Source: an uncultured Desulfurococcaceae archaeon
GTDB lineage: Archaea; Thermoproteota; Thermoprotei_A; Sulfolobales; NBVN01
Length of the DNA: 64,000 nucleotides
Assembly (NCBI GenBank): GCA_964627805.1
Contig: CAZVLA010000013.1
Coordinates: 2,046-66,045 of the forward strand
Reading direction: 5' to 3'
This document shows positions 1 through 10,214 of the stretch, one piece after another. The notes beneath the pieces are model-generated. The model searched no databases. It saw only the letters and a list, made by a program, of their open reading frames with translations, and was not told the DNA's origin. The position numbers and the translations under genes were made by a program. How positions within the stretch are numbered: the stretch's first letter is position 1; each line of letters starts with the position of its first letter.

Positions 1-2
1 TA

Positions 3-1019
3 AGAGCCAGACCTAAACCTGTGAAACTGTACTATGTAGGTCCCGTATTTAGGTATGAGGAACCGCAGTTTGGTAGGTATAGGGAATTCTTTCAAGCAGG
101 TACTGAGTACTTAGGGGATTCATCTACCTACGCTGATATTGAGCAATTACTGATAATTAGGGATTACTATGGCGAGTTAGGACTTAAGGACTACGTAGTT
201 AAGGTAGGTAGTGTAGGTATCGTAAGGAGATTGTTAACTATATGGGGAGTTGATGAAGAGACTCAAGACATTATTATTCACTACATAGATAAGAAGATGT
301 GGGAGGAGGTATTAAGGGTACTCAAGAGGTATAATAAAGCTGATATAGGGGTTATTGAGGGCTTAATTAATTCTAGAGTTAAGGACTACCGAGAATTAGA
401 TGAAGTATCAAGTGAGATAGGCCTGAGTAAGTTAGGTGATGATATTATAAGTAATGAACTAGCAAGATTAAAGGAGATCGCATCAGCAGCTAAGGAATTA
501 GGTATTAACATGTACATCGACTTAAGCTTTGCTAGGGGACTAGCCTACTACACAGGCTTTATCTTCGAGGTTGAGGTGCCTGACCTACCCTTCAGTATAG
601 CTGGTGGCGGTAGATACGATAATCTCATTAGTGTATACGGAGGACCAAATACACCAGCTACGGGATTTTCAGTAGGTATTGACAGAAGTTATATAGCGTT
701 AATTAAGCAAGGTATCGACTTAGATTCCAGAGTAGCTAGGGTTAAGGTAATGCTAATAGCTACTAAGGACGTAAGTACAAGTTATATTGATGAAGTCGCT
801 TCTATGTTAAGAAGAAAGTTGTATGTAGTTAATGTAAGGATAGTCAAGCCTAAGAAAATAGCGGACGTTATAGGACTGGCCTCAAGGCTTAACTATGATT
901 ACGTGATTATAATAGGTACTAAAGAATATAAGAAAGGAAAAGTTACTGTAAAGAATCTAGTTAAGAGAACGCAGGTAAGTGTAGATAAGGACGTTATTAG
1001 GGAGGGATTACCTACGTAG
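3..1019 (+). CDS. hisS: histidyl-tRNA synthetase, C-terminal ~339 codons (5' end outside window)
   Basis: The frame is open from the window edge, and the track ORF starts at an internal GTG at 21. HisRS class II signatures are present: YYVGPVFRYEEPQFGRYREFFQAG (motif 2 region), GGGRYDNLI (motif 3 region) and a C-terminal anticodon-binding-like domain. Confidence 0.9.
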   Translation, partial: RARPKPVKLYYVGPVFRYEEPQFGRYREFFQAGTEYLGDSSTYADIEQLLIIRDYYGELGLKDYVVKVGSVGIVRRLLTIWGVDEETQDIIIHYIDKKMWEEVLRVLKRYNKADIGVIEGLINSRVKDYRELDEVSSEIGLSKLGDDIISNELARLKEIASAAKELGINMYIDLSFARGLAYYTGFIFEVEVPDLPFSIAGGGRYDNLISVYGGPNTPATGFSVGIDRSYIALIKQGIDLDSRVARVKVMLIATKDVSTSYIDEVASMLRRKLYVVNVRIVKPKKIADVIGLASRLNYDYVIIIGTKEYKKGKVTVKNLVKRTQVSVDKDVIREGLPT

Positions 1020-1035
1020 TTAAGGGTGTAACGTA

Positions 1036-1977
1036 ATGGATAGGTACGTATGTACGGAATTAGTTAAAGACGTTAGGCTTAGGAAGGGAATGAAGGTAAG
1101 TGATTTAATTAACGTATTCAGGAACATACATGGATTTACAGCATACCACGTATCTAAAGCAGCTGAGATAATTAGGGAAGGTATTAGGGTATGCGATGCT
1201 AGATTTCTATCATTCACAGCAAACGTAGTAGCTACTGGCTTAAGAGGTATACTGGCTCAGTTAATAGATATGGGCTACTTCAACGTAATCATAACGACAT
1301 GCGGTACTATAGACCATGATATAGCTAAGTCCTTAGGAGGGAGGTACTGTAAGGGGTACTTTGATGCTGACGACATCGAATTAGGTAGTAAGGGCTTACA
1401 CAGGCTAGGCAACATATTCATACCTAAGGATGATTACGGACTAATAATAGAGAAATTTACTAAGGAATTAGTTAATGATTTAGTCAAGATTAAGAAGGAA
1501 TGGGGGGTTAGGGAGTTACTAATGGAAGTAGGTAAGAGATTAAGAAATGACGAAAACTCCATATTAGGTGCTGCTTACAGAAGCGGTGCTAAGGTCTATG
1601 TGCCAGGTATTGTTGATGGTGCCTTCGGGACAGACCTATTCATAGAATCTCAATTTACTGGACTCAAGATAGATATCCTAAAGGATATGAAGGAACTTAG
1701 TGATATAGTATTCTCCAGTAAGTCGTCAATGGCGTTAATAATAGGTGGTGGAATAAGTAAGCACCATACTATATGGTGGAATCAATTTAAGGGAGGACTC
1801 GACTACTCCGTATACATAACAACGGCTGTTGAGTGGGACGGGAGCTTAAGTGGTGCTAGAACTAAGGAGGCAATAAGTTGGGGCAAGATAAAGCCCTCAG
1901 CTAAGCACGTGACAGTTTATGGTGACGCTACGGTACTCTTACCTATAATAGTCTCTTATGTAATAGATAGTAGTTAG
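1036..1977 (+). CDS. dys: deoxyhypusine synthase
   Basis: 313 aa with an ATG start. Motifs ITTCGTIDHDIAK, GIVDGAFG, IIGGGISKHH and EAISWGK are typical of deoxyhypusine synthase. Confidence 0.9.
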   Translation: MDRYVCTELVKDVRLRKGMKVSDLINVFRNIHGFTAYHVSKAAEIIREGIRVCDARFLSFTANVVATGLRGILAQLIDMGYFNVIITTCGTIDHDIAKSLGGRYCKGYFDADDIELGSKGLHRLGNIFIPKDDYGLIIEKFTKELVNDLVKIKKEWGVRELLMEVGKRLRNDENSILGAAYRSGAKVYVPGIVDGAFGTDLFIESQFTGLKIDILKDMKELSDIVFSSKSSMALIIGGGISKHHTIWWNQFKGGLDYSVYITTAVEWDGSLSGARTKEAISWGKIKPSAKHVTVYGDATVLLPIIVSYVIDSS

Positions 1978-2085
1978 CCGATGCAATTACTACGCTATGA
2001 CGAGATGTATGCTTCACTGTACAACAATATGACAATACCTTTATTTTGAGGGCTTAAAAGGAATCAAATACATACCTACTATTAG

Positions 2086-3672
2086 GTGTGGGGGATGGTA
2101 GCAGCAACTATAGAGAGATTTAGGGAGTTGACGCCTTCGGAGTTCTTCTACCGTAATAAGGAGATAGCAGGTTTCTCTAACCCGGTTAGGGCTCTGTATC
2201 AGACAGTTAGGGAGTTAGTTGAGAACGCCTTAGATGCTACTGATGCTCATGGCATCTTACCAACAATTAAGGTGGTCGTTAAGAGGGAATATGATGGTGG
2301 TAGGGGGAATATATATTCAGTAACGGTTGAGGATAACGGCATAGGTATACCACCGAATCACGTACCTCAAGCATTTGCTCAATTACTGTATAGCTCAAAG
2401 TACGTACTTAGGCAAACAAGAGGTATGTTCGGATTAGGAGCTAAGATGGCTGTACTTTACGGGCAAATAACTACTGGTAGGGCAGTTGAGGTAATAACAT
2501 CACCCATAAATTCATCTAGGGTATACTACTTTAGGTTGAGAATAGATGTTAAGAATAATAAGCCAATAATACTTAAGAAGTCATCGCATAGTAACGGTGA
2601 TTCATGGCATGGAACCATAGTTAAGGTGTATTTAGAGGGTGAGTGGAGTAGAGCTAGGTCTAAAATATATGAGTACTTAAGAAGAACAGCCATCATAGCT
2701 CCTTACGCCGAAATAGTGTTTGAGGATCCTGATGGTAACGTTATCTACTTTGAGAGGAGCACCAAGTCAATGCCCGTACCTCCTAGGGAGGTCAAACCCC
2801 ATCCATTAGGTGTTGATATTGAAATGATTAAGATGATGGCACATGCCACTACAGCAAGTAATGTTAAGGAGTTCCTTATTAAGGAGTTTCAATGTGTAGG
2901 TGAGGTAACGGCGAATAAGATATTAAGTAAGGCTGGCATTGACCCAAACTTAAGTCCTAAGAGATTAAGTATTGAGCAAATAGATAGGCTAGTACGTGCT
3001 ATCAAGGACTTAGCTAAGGAGATAAGACCTCCTAGAGCCGACCACCTCTCCTACTTAGGTAAGGAGATAATTAAGACGGGATTAAAGGCTATCCTAAAGC
3101 CCGAATTCGTTGAGGCAATCACTAGGAAACCATCGGTTTATGAAGGGCACGCCTTCATTGTTGAGGTAGGTATAGCTTACGGAGGCGCTATAAAGCCTAC
3201 GGATAAGCCTCAATTACTTAGGTACGCTAATAAAATACCCCTACTGTATGATGAGGGTTCAGACGTATCACGTAAGGTTGTAGATAGTATTGACTGGAGT
3301 TACTACGGAGTGTCGTTCCCAGCTCCGCTAGTTGTTCTGGTTCACATATGTAGTACTAAAATACCCTATAAAGGAGTCGGTAAGGAGTCGATAGCGGACG
3401 TCCCCGAGATTGAGAGGGAGATTAGTTTAGGTATTAAGGAGGTGGCACGTAAGTTAAAGAGTTACTTGATTAAGAAGAGGAAAGAAATTGAAGAGGCTGA
3501 GAAAGCAGTAACCATAGCTAAGTACATACCAGACGTAGCTAGGTCGTTAGCGAAGATCGTTGAGGAAATACCCCCTGAGAGGATAGAGCATGAACTACTC
3601 AAGATGCTTAATAAGAAATTAAGGGCGATAAGGATTACTTCACTCAACGACATAATAGTCAGTATTGAGTAG
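2086..3672 (+). CDS. top6B: DNA topoisomerase VI subunit B
   Basis: 528 aa. GHKL/Bergerat ATPase motifs ELVENALDA, EDNGIGIP and GMFGLGAK are present, and the gene lies directly upstream of top6A. The start could be GTG 2086 or ATG 2095. Confidence 0.95.
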   Translation: MWGMVAATIERFRELTPSEFFYRNKEIAGFSNPVRALYQTVRELVENALDATDAHGILPTIKVVVKREYDGGRGNIYSVTVEDNGIGIPPNHVPQAFAQLLYSSKYVLRQTRGMFGLGAKMAVLYGQITTGRAVEVITSPINSSRVYYFRLRIDVKNNKPIILKKSSHSNGDSWHGTIVKVYLEGEWSRARSKIYEYLRRTAIIAPYAEIVFEDPDGNVIYFERSTKSMPVPPREVKPHPLGVDIEMIKMMAHATTASNVKEFLIKEFQCVGEVTANKILSKAGIDPNLSPKRLSIEQIDRLVRAIKDLAKEIRPPRADHLSYLGKEIIKTGLKAILKPEFVEAITRKPSVYEGHAFIVEVGIAYGGAIKPTDKPQLLRYANKIPLLYDEGSDVSRKVVDSIDWSYYGVSFPAPLVVLVHICSTKIPYKGVGKESIADVPEIEREISLGIKEVARKLKSYLIKKRKEIEEAEKAVTIAKYIPDVARSLAKIVEEIPPERIEHELLKMLNKKLRAIRITSLNDIIVSIE

Positions 3673-3683
3673 GGGTGTGATTC

Positions 3684-4850
3684 TTGACGTACTCTTCCAA
3701 GGTAGATTTAGAAGCTAGAAAGAGGGCGTTAGGTAAGTTAAGGGAGTGCTTTGGTGAGCTAGTTAAGAAAATACTAGCAGGCACCCCACCAGTATTGGAG
3801 ATAAGGAAGCGAACCTTAGCTAACACATTGTACGATCCAGATAAGAAGATGCTGATACTGGGTAATGAGGTGCTTCATAGGTCATTCCTAAATGCTGGTG
3901 AGGCAAAGAAATTTATGCAGACAGTACTAATGGCTAGCATAATATACGAGGCCCTAAAGAATAATGAATACCCGACAATAAGGGATCTATATTATAGGGG
4001 TAAGCACACTATAAGATACCGTAAACTACCTTCAGGTAGGATTAAGGAAGAGAATACATGGGATGAGCAGCAGGAATCTGATGCCGTCATAAGAGATATT
4101 GAAGTACTCATAGATATGTTAAGAGAGGAGATGTTAATACTAAGTAAGGAGAAAGGTAAAGTAGTTGGTAGAATGAGGATAAAGTCAGGTGATGACATTA
4201 TCGACTTAAGTAAGATGGGTCACGGAGCATACGCTATAGAACCCACACCCGACTTTATAGAATTCATAGATGTTGACGCAGAGTTCGTACTAGTAATAGA
4301 GAAGGATGCAGTATTTCAGCAGCTACACCGAGCAGGCTTTTGGAAGAAATATAAGGCTATATTAGTGACAAGTGCTGGTCAGCCAGATAGGGCGACGAGG
4401 AGGTTCGTTAGAAGATTAAACGAGGAATTAGGGCTTCCCGTATACATATTGACCGACGCGGATCCTTACGGATGGTACATATATAGCGTTTTCAAAGTGG
4501 GTTCAATTAACCTCTCTTACGAGAGTGAGAGATTAGCTACACCTAATTCGAAATTCCTCGGGGTTAGTATGGTCGATATATTCGGTAGTAAGAGCTTAAG
4601 AAAGAGGCCTTACCTAAGTGAAGCAGAACGCAGAAACTTCATCATTAAGGCTACCGAAAGGGACCTAAAGAGAGCTAAGGAGTTAATGTCGTATACCTGG
4701 TTCCAAACAAGGAGATGGAAGCTGGAATTAAAAACTTTCTTGGATAAGAAGGCTAAGTTAGAGATAGAAGCCTTAACAAGCAAGGGACTTAAATTCCTAA
4801 TGGATAAGTACCTACCTGAGAAGATACAGGCAGGTGATTGGATTGATTAA
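3684..4850 (+). CDS. top6A: DNA topoisomerase VI subunit A (Spo11 family)
   Basis: 388 aa. It has the catalytic-Tyr region TIRDLYYRG and the Toprim acidic motif ILTDADPYGWYIY, and starts 11 nt after the top6B stop. Confidence 0.95.
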   Translation: MTYSSKVDLEARKRALGKLRECFGELVKKILAGTPPVLEIRKRTLANTLYDPDKKMLILGNEVLHRSFLNAGEAKKFMQTVLMASIIYEALKNNEYPTIRDLYYRGKHTIRYRKLPSGRIKEENTWDEQQESDAVIRDIEVLIDMLREEMLILSKEKGKVVGRMRIKSGDDIIDLSKMGHGAYAIEPTPDFIEFIDVDAEFVLVIEKDAVFQQLHRAGFWKKYKAILVTSAGQPDRATRRFVRRLNEELGLPVYILTDADPYGWYIYSVFKVGSINLSYESERLATPNSKFLGVSMVDIFGSKSLRKRPYLSEAERRNFIIKATERDLKRAKELMSYTWFQTRRWKLELKTFLDKKAKLEIEALTSKGLKFLMDKYLPEKIQAGDWID

Positions 4851-5553
4851 GCAAGAGGGTATTAATTGGGATGAAGTACTAAGGAGATTAGCACCCAATA
4901 TAAATTCACTGATAGATCAAACCTTACTTAAGTATGATAGAGGTATTAAAGATTATGAGAGATTCGTCGAGGAGTCAGAGAGGTATAACTTTAGATCATT
5001 AGTAGTTCCTCCATCCATGGTTAAGTACGTAGTCGATATTTCTAGAACACCTATAGCCACGGTTATAGGTTTCCCGCATGGTTACACTACGTTAAGCAGT
5101 AAGGTAAGGGAGATTGAGGATGTAGCTAACTTAGGTGCTAAGGAGGTAGATGTAGTAATTAATAATATATACGTTAAGGATGGAAGGTACGACCTCCTAC
5201 GTAATGAAGTGAGAACTTTAGTCAGTAAAGCACATGAATTAGGGCTGGTTATTAAGGTCATCGTAGAAACGAGCGTATTGAATGATGATGAATTAGTTAA
5301 TGTTGCGAGAGTAGTTAGGGATGAAGGTGCAGACTTCATAAAAACGAATACGGGATTCGGCGCACGTGGCGTCACTCCGAGAGATATAATAGTCATAAGA
5401 AGTGCAGTAGGGGGTGAATTGAAGATTAAGGCATCAGGAGGTATTAGAACGGCCTTAGATGCTGCTCTCCTAATAACTTTAGGTGCTGACATTATAGGTA
5501 CTAGTAGAGGTATAGAGATTGTTAAGCAATTTAGGAGGTTTTTAAAGAATTAA
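4834..5553 (+). CDS. deoC: deoxyribose-phosphate aldolase
   Basis: 239 aa with a GVG-type GTG start overlapping the top6A 3' end by 17 nt. DeoC-type motifs are VIGFPHG, KEVDVVIN, ADFIKTNTGFG and LKIKASGGIR (Schiff-base Lys context). Confidence 0.85.
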   Translation: MIGLIKQEGINWDEVLRRLAPNINSLIDQTLLKYDRGIKDYERFVEESERYNFRSLVVPPSMVKYVVDISRTPIATVIGFPHGYTTLSSKVREIEDVANLGAKEVDVVINNIYVKDGRYDLLRNEVRTLVSKAHELGLVIKVIVETSVLNDDELVNVARVVRDEGADFIKTNTGFGARGVTPRDIIVIRSAVGGELKIKASGGIRTALDAALLITLGADIIGTSRGIEIVKQFRRFLKN

Positions 5554-5567
5554 AGTAATTCCTCATA

Positions 5568-6416
5568 TTAAGCGGACTTTAAGGCCTTTATAATGCAATC
5601 TTTAGTTAGTAAGCCGATTAATTCATCAGTTTCTGCGTTAACTACAGGTAACGTACCTAACCTATGCTTAACCATTATGTCAGCAGCTATTGATAAGTCC
5701 TCATCAGGTGTTATTACTATTGGGTCCCTGGTCATGATATCGCTAACCAACGGAAGTATACAGACCCTATAGCTAAAATCGATGTCGCCACCAGTAAGTC
5801 CTAGTTTCTTAATTACGTCCTCACTACCTCTAAGTAATGGATTAATACCTAAGAACATAATATCGGACTTAGTTATTACACCAATAACTCTACCCTCGTC
5901 ATTAATCACCACAACCTTCCCTAAGCCAGTATCCTGCATTAAGCTTATTACATGGTAAACGGTGTGTGCAGGGGTGGTTGTTGGGACGCGCTTCAGCATA
6001 AATTCTGAAACCCTAAACCTCCCGCTATACCTCTCAGCATAAGCCCTAACTAGGTCAGTCTTAGTTATTATCCCTAATAACTTACCGTTCTCAACAACAA
6101 GTAATGAACCTATATTCTTACGGAGCATAGCATTAGCAGCTGCCTTTATGGTCTTTGATGGTTGGATAGCGTAGACCGGGCTAGTCATTATTTCGTAAGC
6201 GTAAATTCTAGTTAATGGTTTAGAGCATCTTTTTCTGTTATACAGTATCCTAATAAAATCACTCTTACATATTATCCCAGCAATCACGCTTCCCTCAGTA
6301 ACGACTACCCTACTTATCCTATGCCTAATCATTAGTCTCCGAACGCGGAGCAAGTCATCGTCCTTAGAGACCGTAATTACGGGTTTACTCATGTATGTTG
6401 AGATTTTAGGGGGCAC
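5568..6416 (-). CDS. CBS-domain-only protein (four CBS motifs)
   Basis: 282 aa built from repeated CBS motifs (GIITKTDLVRA, GVITKSDIMF, GLLTKDCIIKAL). No other domain is recognisable. Confidence 0.8.
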   Translation of the reverse strand: MPPKISTYMSKPVITVSKDDDLLRVRRLMIRHRISRVVVTEGSVIAGIICKSDFIRILYNRKRCSKPLTRIYAYEIMTSPVYAIQPSKTIKAAANAMLRKNIGSLLVVENGKLLGIITKTDLVRAYAERYSGRFRVSEFMLKRVPTTTPAHTVYHVISLMQDTGLGKVVVINDEGRVIGVITKSDIMFLGINPLLRGSEDVIKKLGLTGGDIDFSYRVCILPLVSDIMTRDPIVITPDEDLSIAADIMVKHRLGTLPVVNAETDELIGLLTKDCIIKALKSA

Positions 6417-7365
6417 TGCCGCTCACCACTAACATACCAAAGAGAATATCCCTCTCAGTAATTATCCCTTCTAGCCCCCCATCCTTAACTACTAAGGCGT
6501 AATCTTCGTTATAATCCTTTAGCTTAGTAGCTACGGATCCTATGTCTTCCTCACTACTTACTACTATGGGCTTCGATATTTCGATATTATTTATTCTTAA
6601 GTTAAGTAATTCGTTAATTAATGCACTATGTATTTTCTCAAACACTATATGCTTACCTAGTAAGTCAAGTATGTTCTTCCACGTTAGTACACCAATTACG
6701 CTCCCCTCATTATCTAATACTGGTAATCTCCTAATTCCTGATAGGATCATAACGGTAATAGCATCCTTAAGGCTCTTGTTATTACTTATAGTTATTACTT
6801 CCTTAGTCATTACTTGGGAAACTTTAACGTTAAATTTACGTCCACTAAACATCCTAACGATTGATCCTTCCGTAAGTATTCCTAAAAACTTCATTTCATC
6901 ATTAATAACTGGTAGTGAACCTAAGTTATTATTTATCATGTACTCTAGTGCCTTGGATAATTTCATATTGACAAGTACGGATATAGGGTTACTACGCATT
7001 ACATGCCTGATCTCTAAATTAATTAAATCATAAATACTAACGTTGGCACCTTTTTCCCTACTAAGACCTAATTCAGTTAAAGGACTACCTAGTAAGCTAA
7101 TTATATCCATAGCATTTATTATACCTAATAGTGTCTTATCGGGATTTACTATAGGTAATGTCCTTAATGTACTAGTACTCATTTTCTCGCATGCATTCAG
7201 TATTGTAGATGTTGGGTAAAGGAGTGGTACATCCTTAATGATTACGGGATATAATTCAGGTACTACTTTATGTATGCTCGACTTAAAATTAGGTTTACCA
7301 TCACTTCTCAGCCATCTATTTCTTTCATATATTCTCCTTGGGGTGAATATCTTAGACAATCCCAA
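6406..7365 (-). CDS. CBS-domain-only protein (four CBS motifs)
   Basis: 319 aa. CBS motifs are GIINAMDII, GILTEGSIVRM, GVLTWKNILDLL and GIITERDILFG. It overlaps the downstream CBS gene by 11 nt. Confidence 0.8.
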   Translation of the reverse strand: MGLSKIFTPRRIYERNRWLRSDGKPNFKSSIHKVVPELYPVIIKDVPLLYPTSTILNACEKMSTSTLRTLPIVNPDKTLLGIINAMDIISLLGSPLTELGLSREKGANVSIYDLINLEIRHVMRSNPISVLVNMKLSKALEYMINNNLGSLPVINDEMKFLGILTEGSIVRMFSGRKFNVKVSQVMTKEVITISNNKSLKDAITVMILSGIRRLPVLDNEGSVIGVLTWKNILDLLGKHIVFEKIHSALINELLNLRINNIEISKPIVVSSEEDIGSVATKLKDYNEDYALVVKDGGLEGIITERDILFGMLVVSGSAP

Positions 7366-7373
7366 GTCACCCC

Positions 7374-8180
7374 CTACTTAATTAAGCCATAGTTAATTAA
7401 TGCCTTAGAAACATCATATCTGTCAACTATGCCTATTAATTTGCTTTTGTCATTAACTACGGGTACTCTACCTATTTTCTTATCTAGCATTACCTCAATA
7501 ATATCCAGTAATTCAGTATTAGGTGATACTGTAAGAGCTGGTGTAGTCATTGCATCCCTAACTTTAGTACCTTTCTTTGGTCCACTTTCAGACTCTAGTT
7601 CAATCCTTGTATAGCCTCTCTTAAGTAGATCATGCTGTGTTATTATTCCTATAACCTTAAGCTCTTTATGATTATTCACTACAGGATAACCGCTTATTCT
7701 GTAAACTATTATATTTCTCCATACCTTACTAACTCTGTCCTCAGGTAGTACGAACTTAACCTCTCTAGTCATGATGTCCTTAGCTACTACTTTACTGATG
7801 TTTCGTTCCCTACTTCGTGATAGGGAGATACTCATGAAGTTATCTAAAGAAGCTATTCCTACGTATCTGCCACTACTATCAACGACTGGTACATACCATT
7901 CATCAAACTCAAGCATAACCTTTACTGATGTTATTAGATCTTCATTTACCTTAAAAACTATGTTTGGATCATCCATTAAATCCTTAACTAATGCGTTGGA
8001 TCTAGTTGATGTTAATCTAAGTACGTGAACTCTCTTAAGTATGCCTACAACACGTTTATCTGAATCTACTACGGGCATCAATGTTAAGGCTAACTCCCTC
8101 ATAAGTGCTCTTGCATGAGTAAGTAAATCATTCGGATGTAATGTAGGGTAATGAATATCTAATATGTGTTTAATCCTCAA
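7374..8180 (-). CDS. CBS-domain-only protein (four CBS motifs)
   Basis: 268 aa. CBS motifs are GILKRVHVLRL, GIASLDNFM, GIITQHDLLKRG and GIVDRYDVSKAL. Confidence 0.8.
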   Translation of the reverse strand: MRIKHILDIHYPTLHPNDLLTHARALMRELALTLMPVVDSDKRVVGILKRVHVLRLTSTRSNALVKDLMDDPNIVFKVNEDLITSVKVMLEFDEWYVPVVDSSGRYVGIASLDNFMSISLSRSRERNISKVVAKDIMTREVKFVLPEDRVSKVWRNIIVYRISGYPVVNNHKELKVIGIITQHDLLKRGYTRIELESESGPKKGTKVRDAMTTPALTVSPNTELLDIIEVMLDKKIGRVPVVNDKSKLIGIVDRYDVSKALINYGLIK

Positions 8181-8228
8181 TCTAGCACCATAAGATATAG
8201 TGCTACCAACCTTAATATTTCCCTAAAG

Positions 8229-10214
8229 CTAAAACTTATGTTTCCATACTTTCTTCACTATTCTAGACTTACCGGGTATTCTCTCTAAAACATTGTTCAC
8301 ATTTAGCTTCAGTAATCTACGGTCATTACTCTTAAAGAACTCTACGATTTCCTTAGCTACAACCTCCTTTCCGTCATTACCGGGAACTAACACTACATAA
8401 CCTACGCACCGCTTAGAGACTAACTCCTCAGGACCACAGAAAATCCTCATGTACCTATTGTTGATTACTTCAATACCTAACGCTAATTCTAACTTAACTC
8501 CCCTTATATAATTCTTCTTACCCTTAATAGCGAAAGCACCTACACTAAGGTATTCACCAGCAGGTGCTGCCTTACTGACTTGGTAACCCTTAACCCAATA
8601 TACATCGATGGCCCCTAGACCCGCTTTCCAAGCCTTACTATAGCATGCAGCTAGGGTAGCTACCTCCATGAGATCCAGAATGTCGGGTTCCTTGTTATTA
8701 CATAAGATTACGAAGGCTGAGCCTCCGTGTATGTCGGCATGTACGAATATATCCTTATCTCTAAGATACCTCCTTACAACCCTTTCATTCTGTTCAGCAT
8801 TCCTACCTCCTATTGCTATAAACCCATTAGTGGTTATTATCCAGTGATACTTACTGAACCAGTCAATACGAAGTAGTAACGCCTCCTCGACTTCCCTAAC
8901 CTTAACTTCATTTATGATCTCCTTTAATTCCCTTTCTATTTCTTCTTTCTTCTCCTTAATCTTAGCTAATTTCTTTTCAAGAATCTTAATCCTCTTAATT
9001 AATTCAAAGTACTGTTGATTTAATGGAGCGTTTATCTTTAAGTTTATTTCCGTACCTTCTATATTTAAAGTAATCACTCCCTTATCTTTTGAGAAACTAC
9101 TAATTCCACATTTGATTAGTAGATCTTTATCCCAGCCGACATTCTTAATTACCCTTACGCAGCAATTAAGTACTTTATCTATAACTAGGTAGTTGTTTGA
9201 TAGAACATTCAGAACCCTATTTAATTTTTCCAATTCCTTGCTTACTTTACCTTCTTCCTCTTCCATATTCTCTAATACCTTACTTAACCTAGTAACTTCA
9301 TCCTTCTGTTTTTTTACTTCTTCATAAATTACCTCCTTGGATGTAATTTCTCGGTAGTATTCATCAACTACTTCGTTAAATGAATTATATAGAACTACCC
9401 TACAGTCTTTACATAGGGTTTTCTTAGGCTCAAAGGGGTGGAAAGACACATAATTACCCTCACTATTAATTACTATTGAGGGTCTAGGGGACTTAATTAC
9501 TTTTTTCATGAACTCTACTAACTCCTTCAAAGCTCTACTAACTTCATCAATGTCTAAGTTACTTAACTTCTTACTTCTTAGTTCAGTACCTAATACTTCA
9601 TTAACTATCTCAGGAGCTATACCCATAGCCCTAACAAGGGCAGATCCTAATGTAGTATTCTTTAAGGTGTCGTTACTTAGTAGTCTATTAGTTAATTCGG
9701 TAATTGATTCACTCAGCACGTTAGGGAATTTAGGCGGTGTTACGTACTTAAGACCTATTCTTAACTCCCTATCCCGTGTAGATAATGATTTACTTATGAA
9801 GAGTATTCTCCCATCATTATCTGTAATGCACAGCACTCCTCTAGGTATTAACTCAATAATTAACTTCCTACTACCTTCCGATGATGCAGTACTGATTTCA
9901 ACTATCCTCTCGAAATCATGTTGTTTAATTTCGGTTATCTTGGAATTTCTCAGGAATCTCCTTAATAAGCTAATCTTACCAGTACATATTAGGTCCGTAA
10001 TGTACTTCGTAAGATTAATTCTACATCCAGGCTCTATATAGAGGTAGCTATACTCACCATTAACTTTCCTGATCTTAAGTACGTATGCTTCGTTACCTGT
10101 TACTGATTTTACTCCATAAATGTTAACTACTCTGCTACTTAATAACGTACCTCTAATTTCATTAGTTATTACAGCTACGTCTAATGATGTTAAGGCTTTC
10201 TTCACTTTTACCAT
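8229..10214 (-). CDS. NFACT-family protein (archaeal Rqc2/NEMF/FbpA homologue)
   Basis: 661 aa. It has an NFACT-N-like N-terminus, a long central coiled coil (KLAKIKEKKEEIERELKE) and the NFACT-R/DUF814 motif DIFVHADIHGGSAFVIL. Confidence 0.8.
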   Translation of the reverse strand: MVKVKKALTSLDVAVITNEIRGTLLSSRVVNIYGVKSVTGNEAYVLKIRKVNGEYSYLYIEPGCRINLTKYITDLICTGKISLLRRFLRNSKITEIKQHDFERIVEISTASSEGSRKLIIELIPRGVLCITDNDGRILFISKSLSTRDRELRIGLKYVTPPKFPNVLSESITELTNRLLSNDTLKNTTLGSALVRAMGIAPEIVNEVLGTELRSKKLSNLDIDEVSRALKELVEFMKKVIKSPRPSIVINSEGNYVSFHPFEPKKTLCKDCRVVLYNSFNEVVDEYYREITSKEVIYEEVKKQKDEVTRLSKVLENMEEEEGKVSKELEKLNRVLNVLSNNYLVIDKVLNCCVRVIKNVGWDKDLLIKCGISSFSKDKGVITLNIEGTEINLKINAPLNQQYFELIKRIKILEKKLAKIKEKKEEIERELKEIINEVKVREVEEALLLRIDWFSKYHWIITTNGFIAIGGRNAEQNERVVRRYLRDKDIFVHADIHGGSAFVILCNNKEPDILDLMEVATLAACYSKAWKAGLGAIDVYWVKGYQVSKAAPAGEYLSVGAFAIKGKKNYIRGVKLELALGIEVINNRYMRIFCGPEELVSKRCVGYVVLVPGNDGKEVVAKEIVEFFKSNDRRLLKLNVNNVLERIPGKSRIVKKVWKHKF

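Noticed and set aside
1993-2052. A C/D-box-like arrangement (ATGACGA ... CTGT ... ATGACA ... TTGA) upstream of top6B.
   Set aside because: All four boxes deviate from consensus, and no proper CTGA D box is present. The T-rich part (CTTTATTTTG) is better explained as the top6B TATA box.
9508-10041. Long antisense ORFs inside well-supported genes. Examples are 9508-10041 (177 aa), 6542-7033 (163 aa), 21458-21925 (155 aa), 5082-5492 (136 aa), 13742-14068, 62722-63057 and 1020-1217, with many 60-90-aa ones as well.
   Set aside because: Each lies entirely opposite a gene with clear family motifs. Their products are low-complexity Ser/Leu/Thr/Ile-rich strings with no motifs. This is the typical shadow-ORF effect of codon bias in AT-rich genomes.
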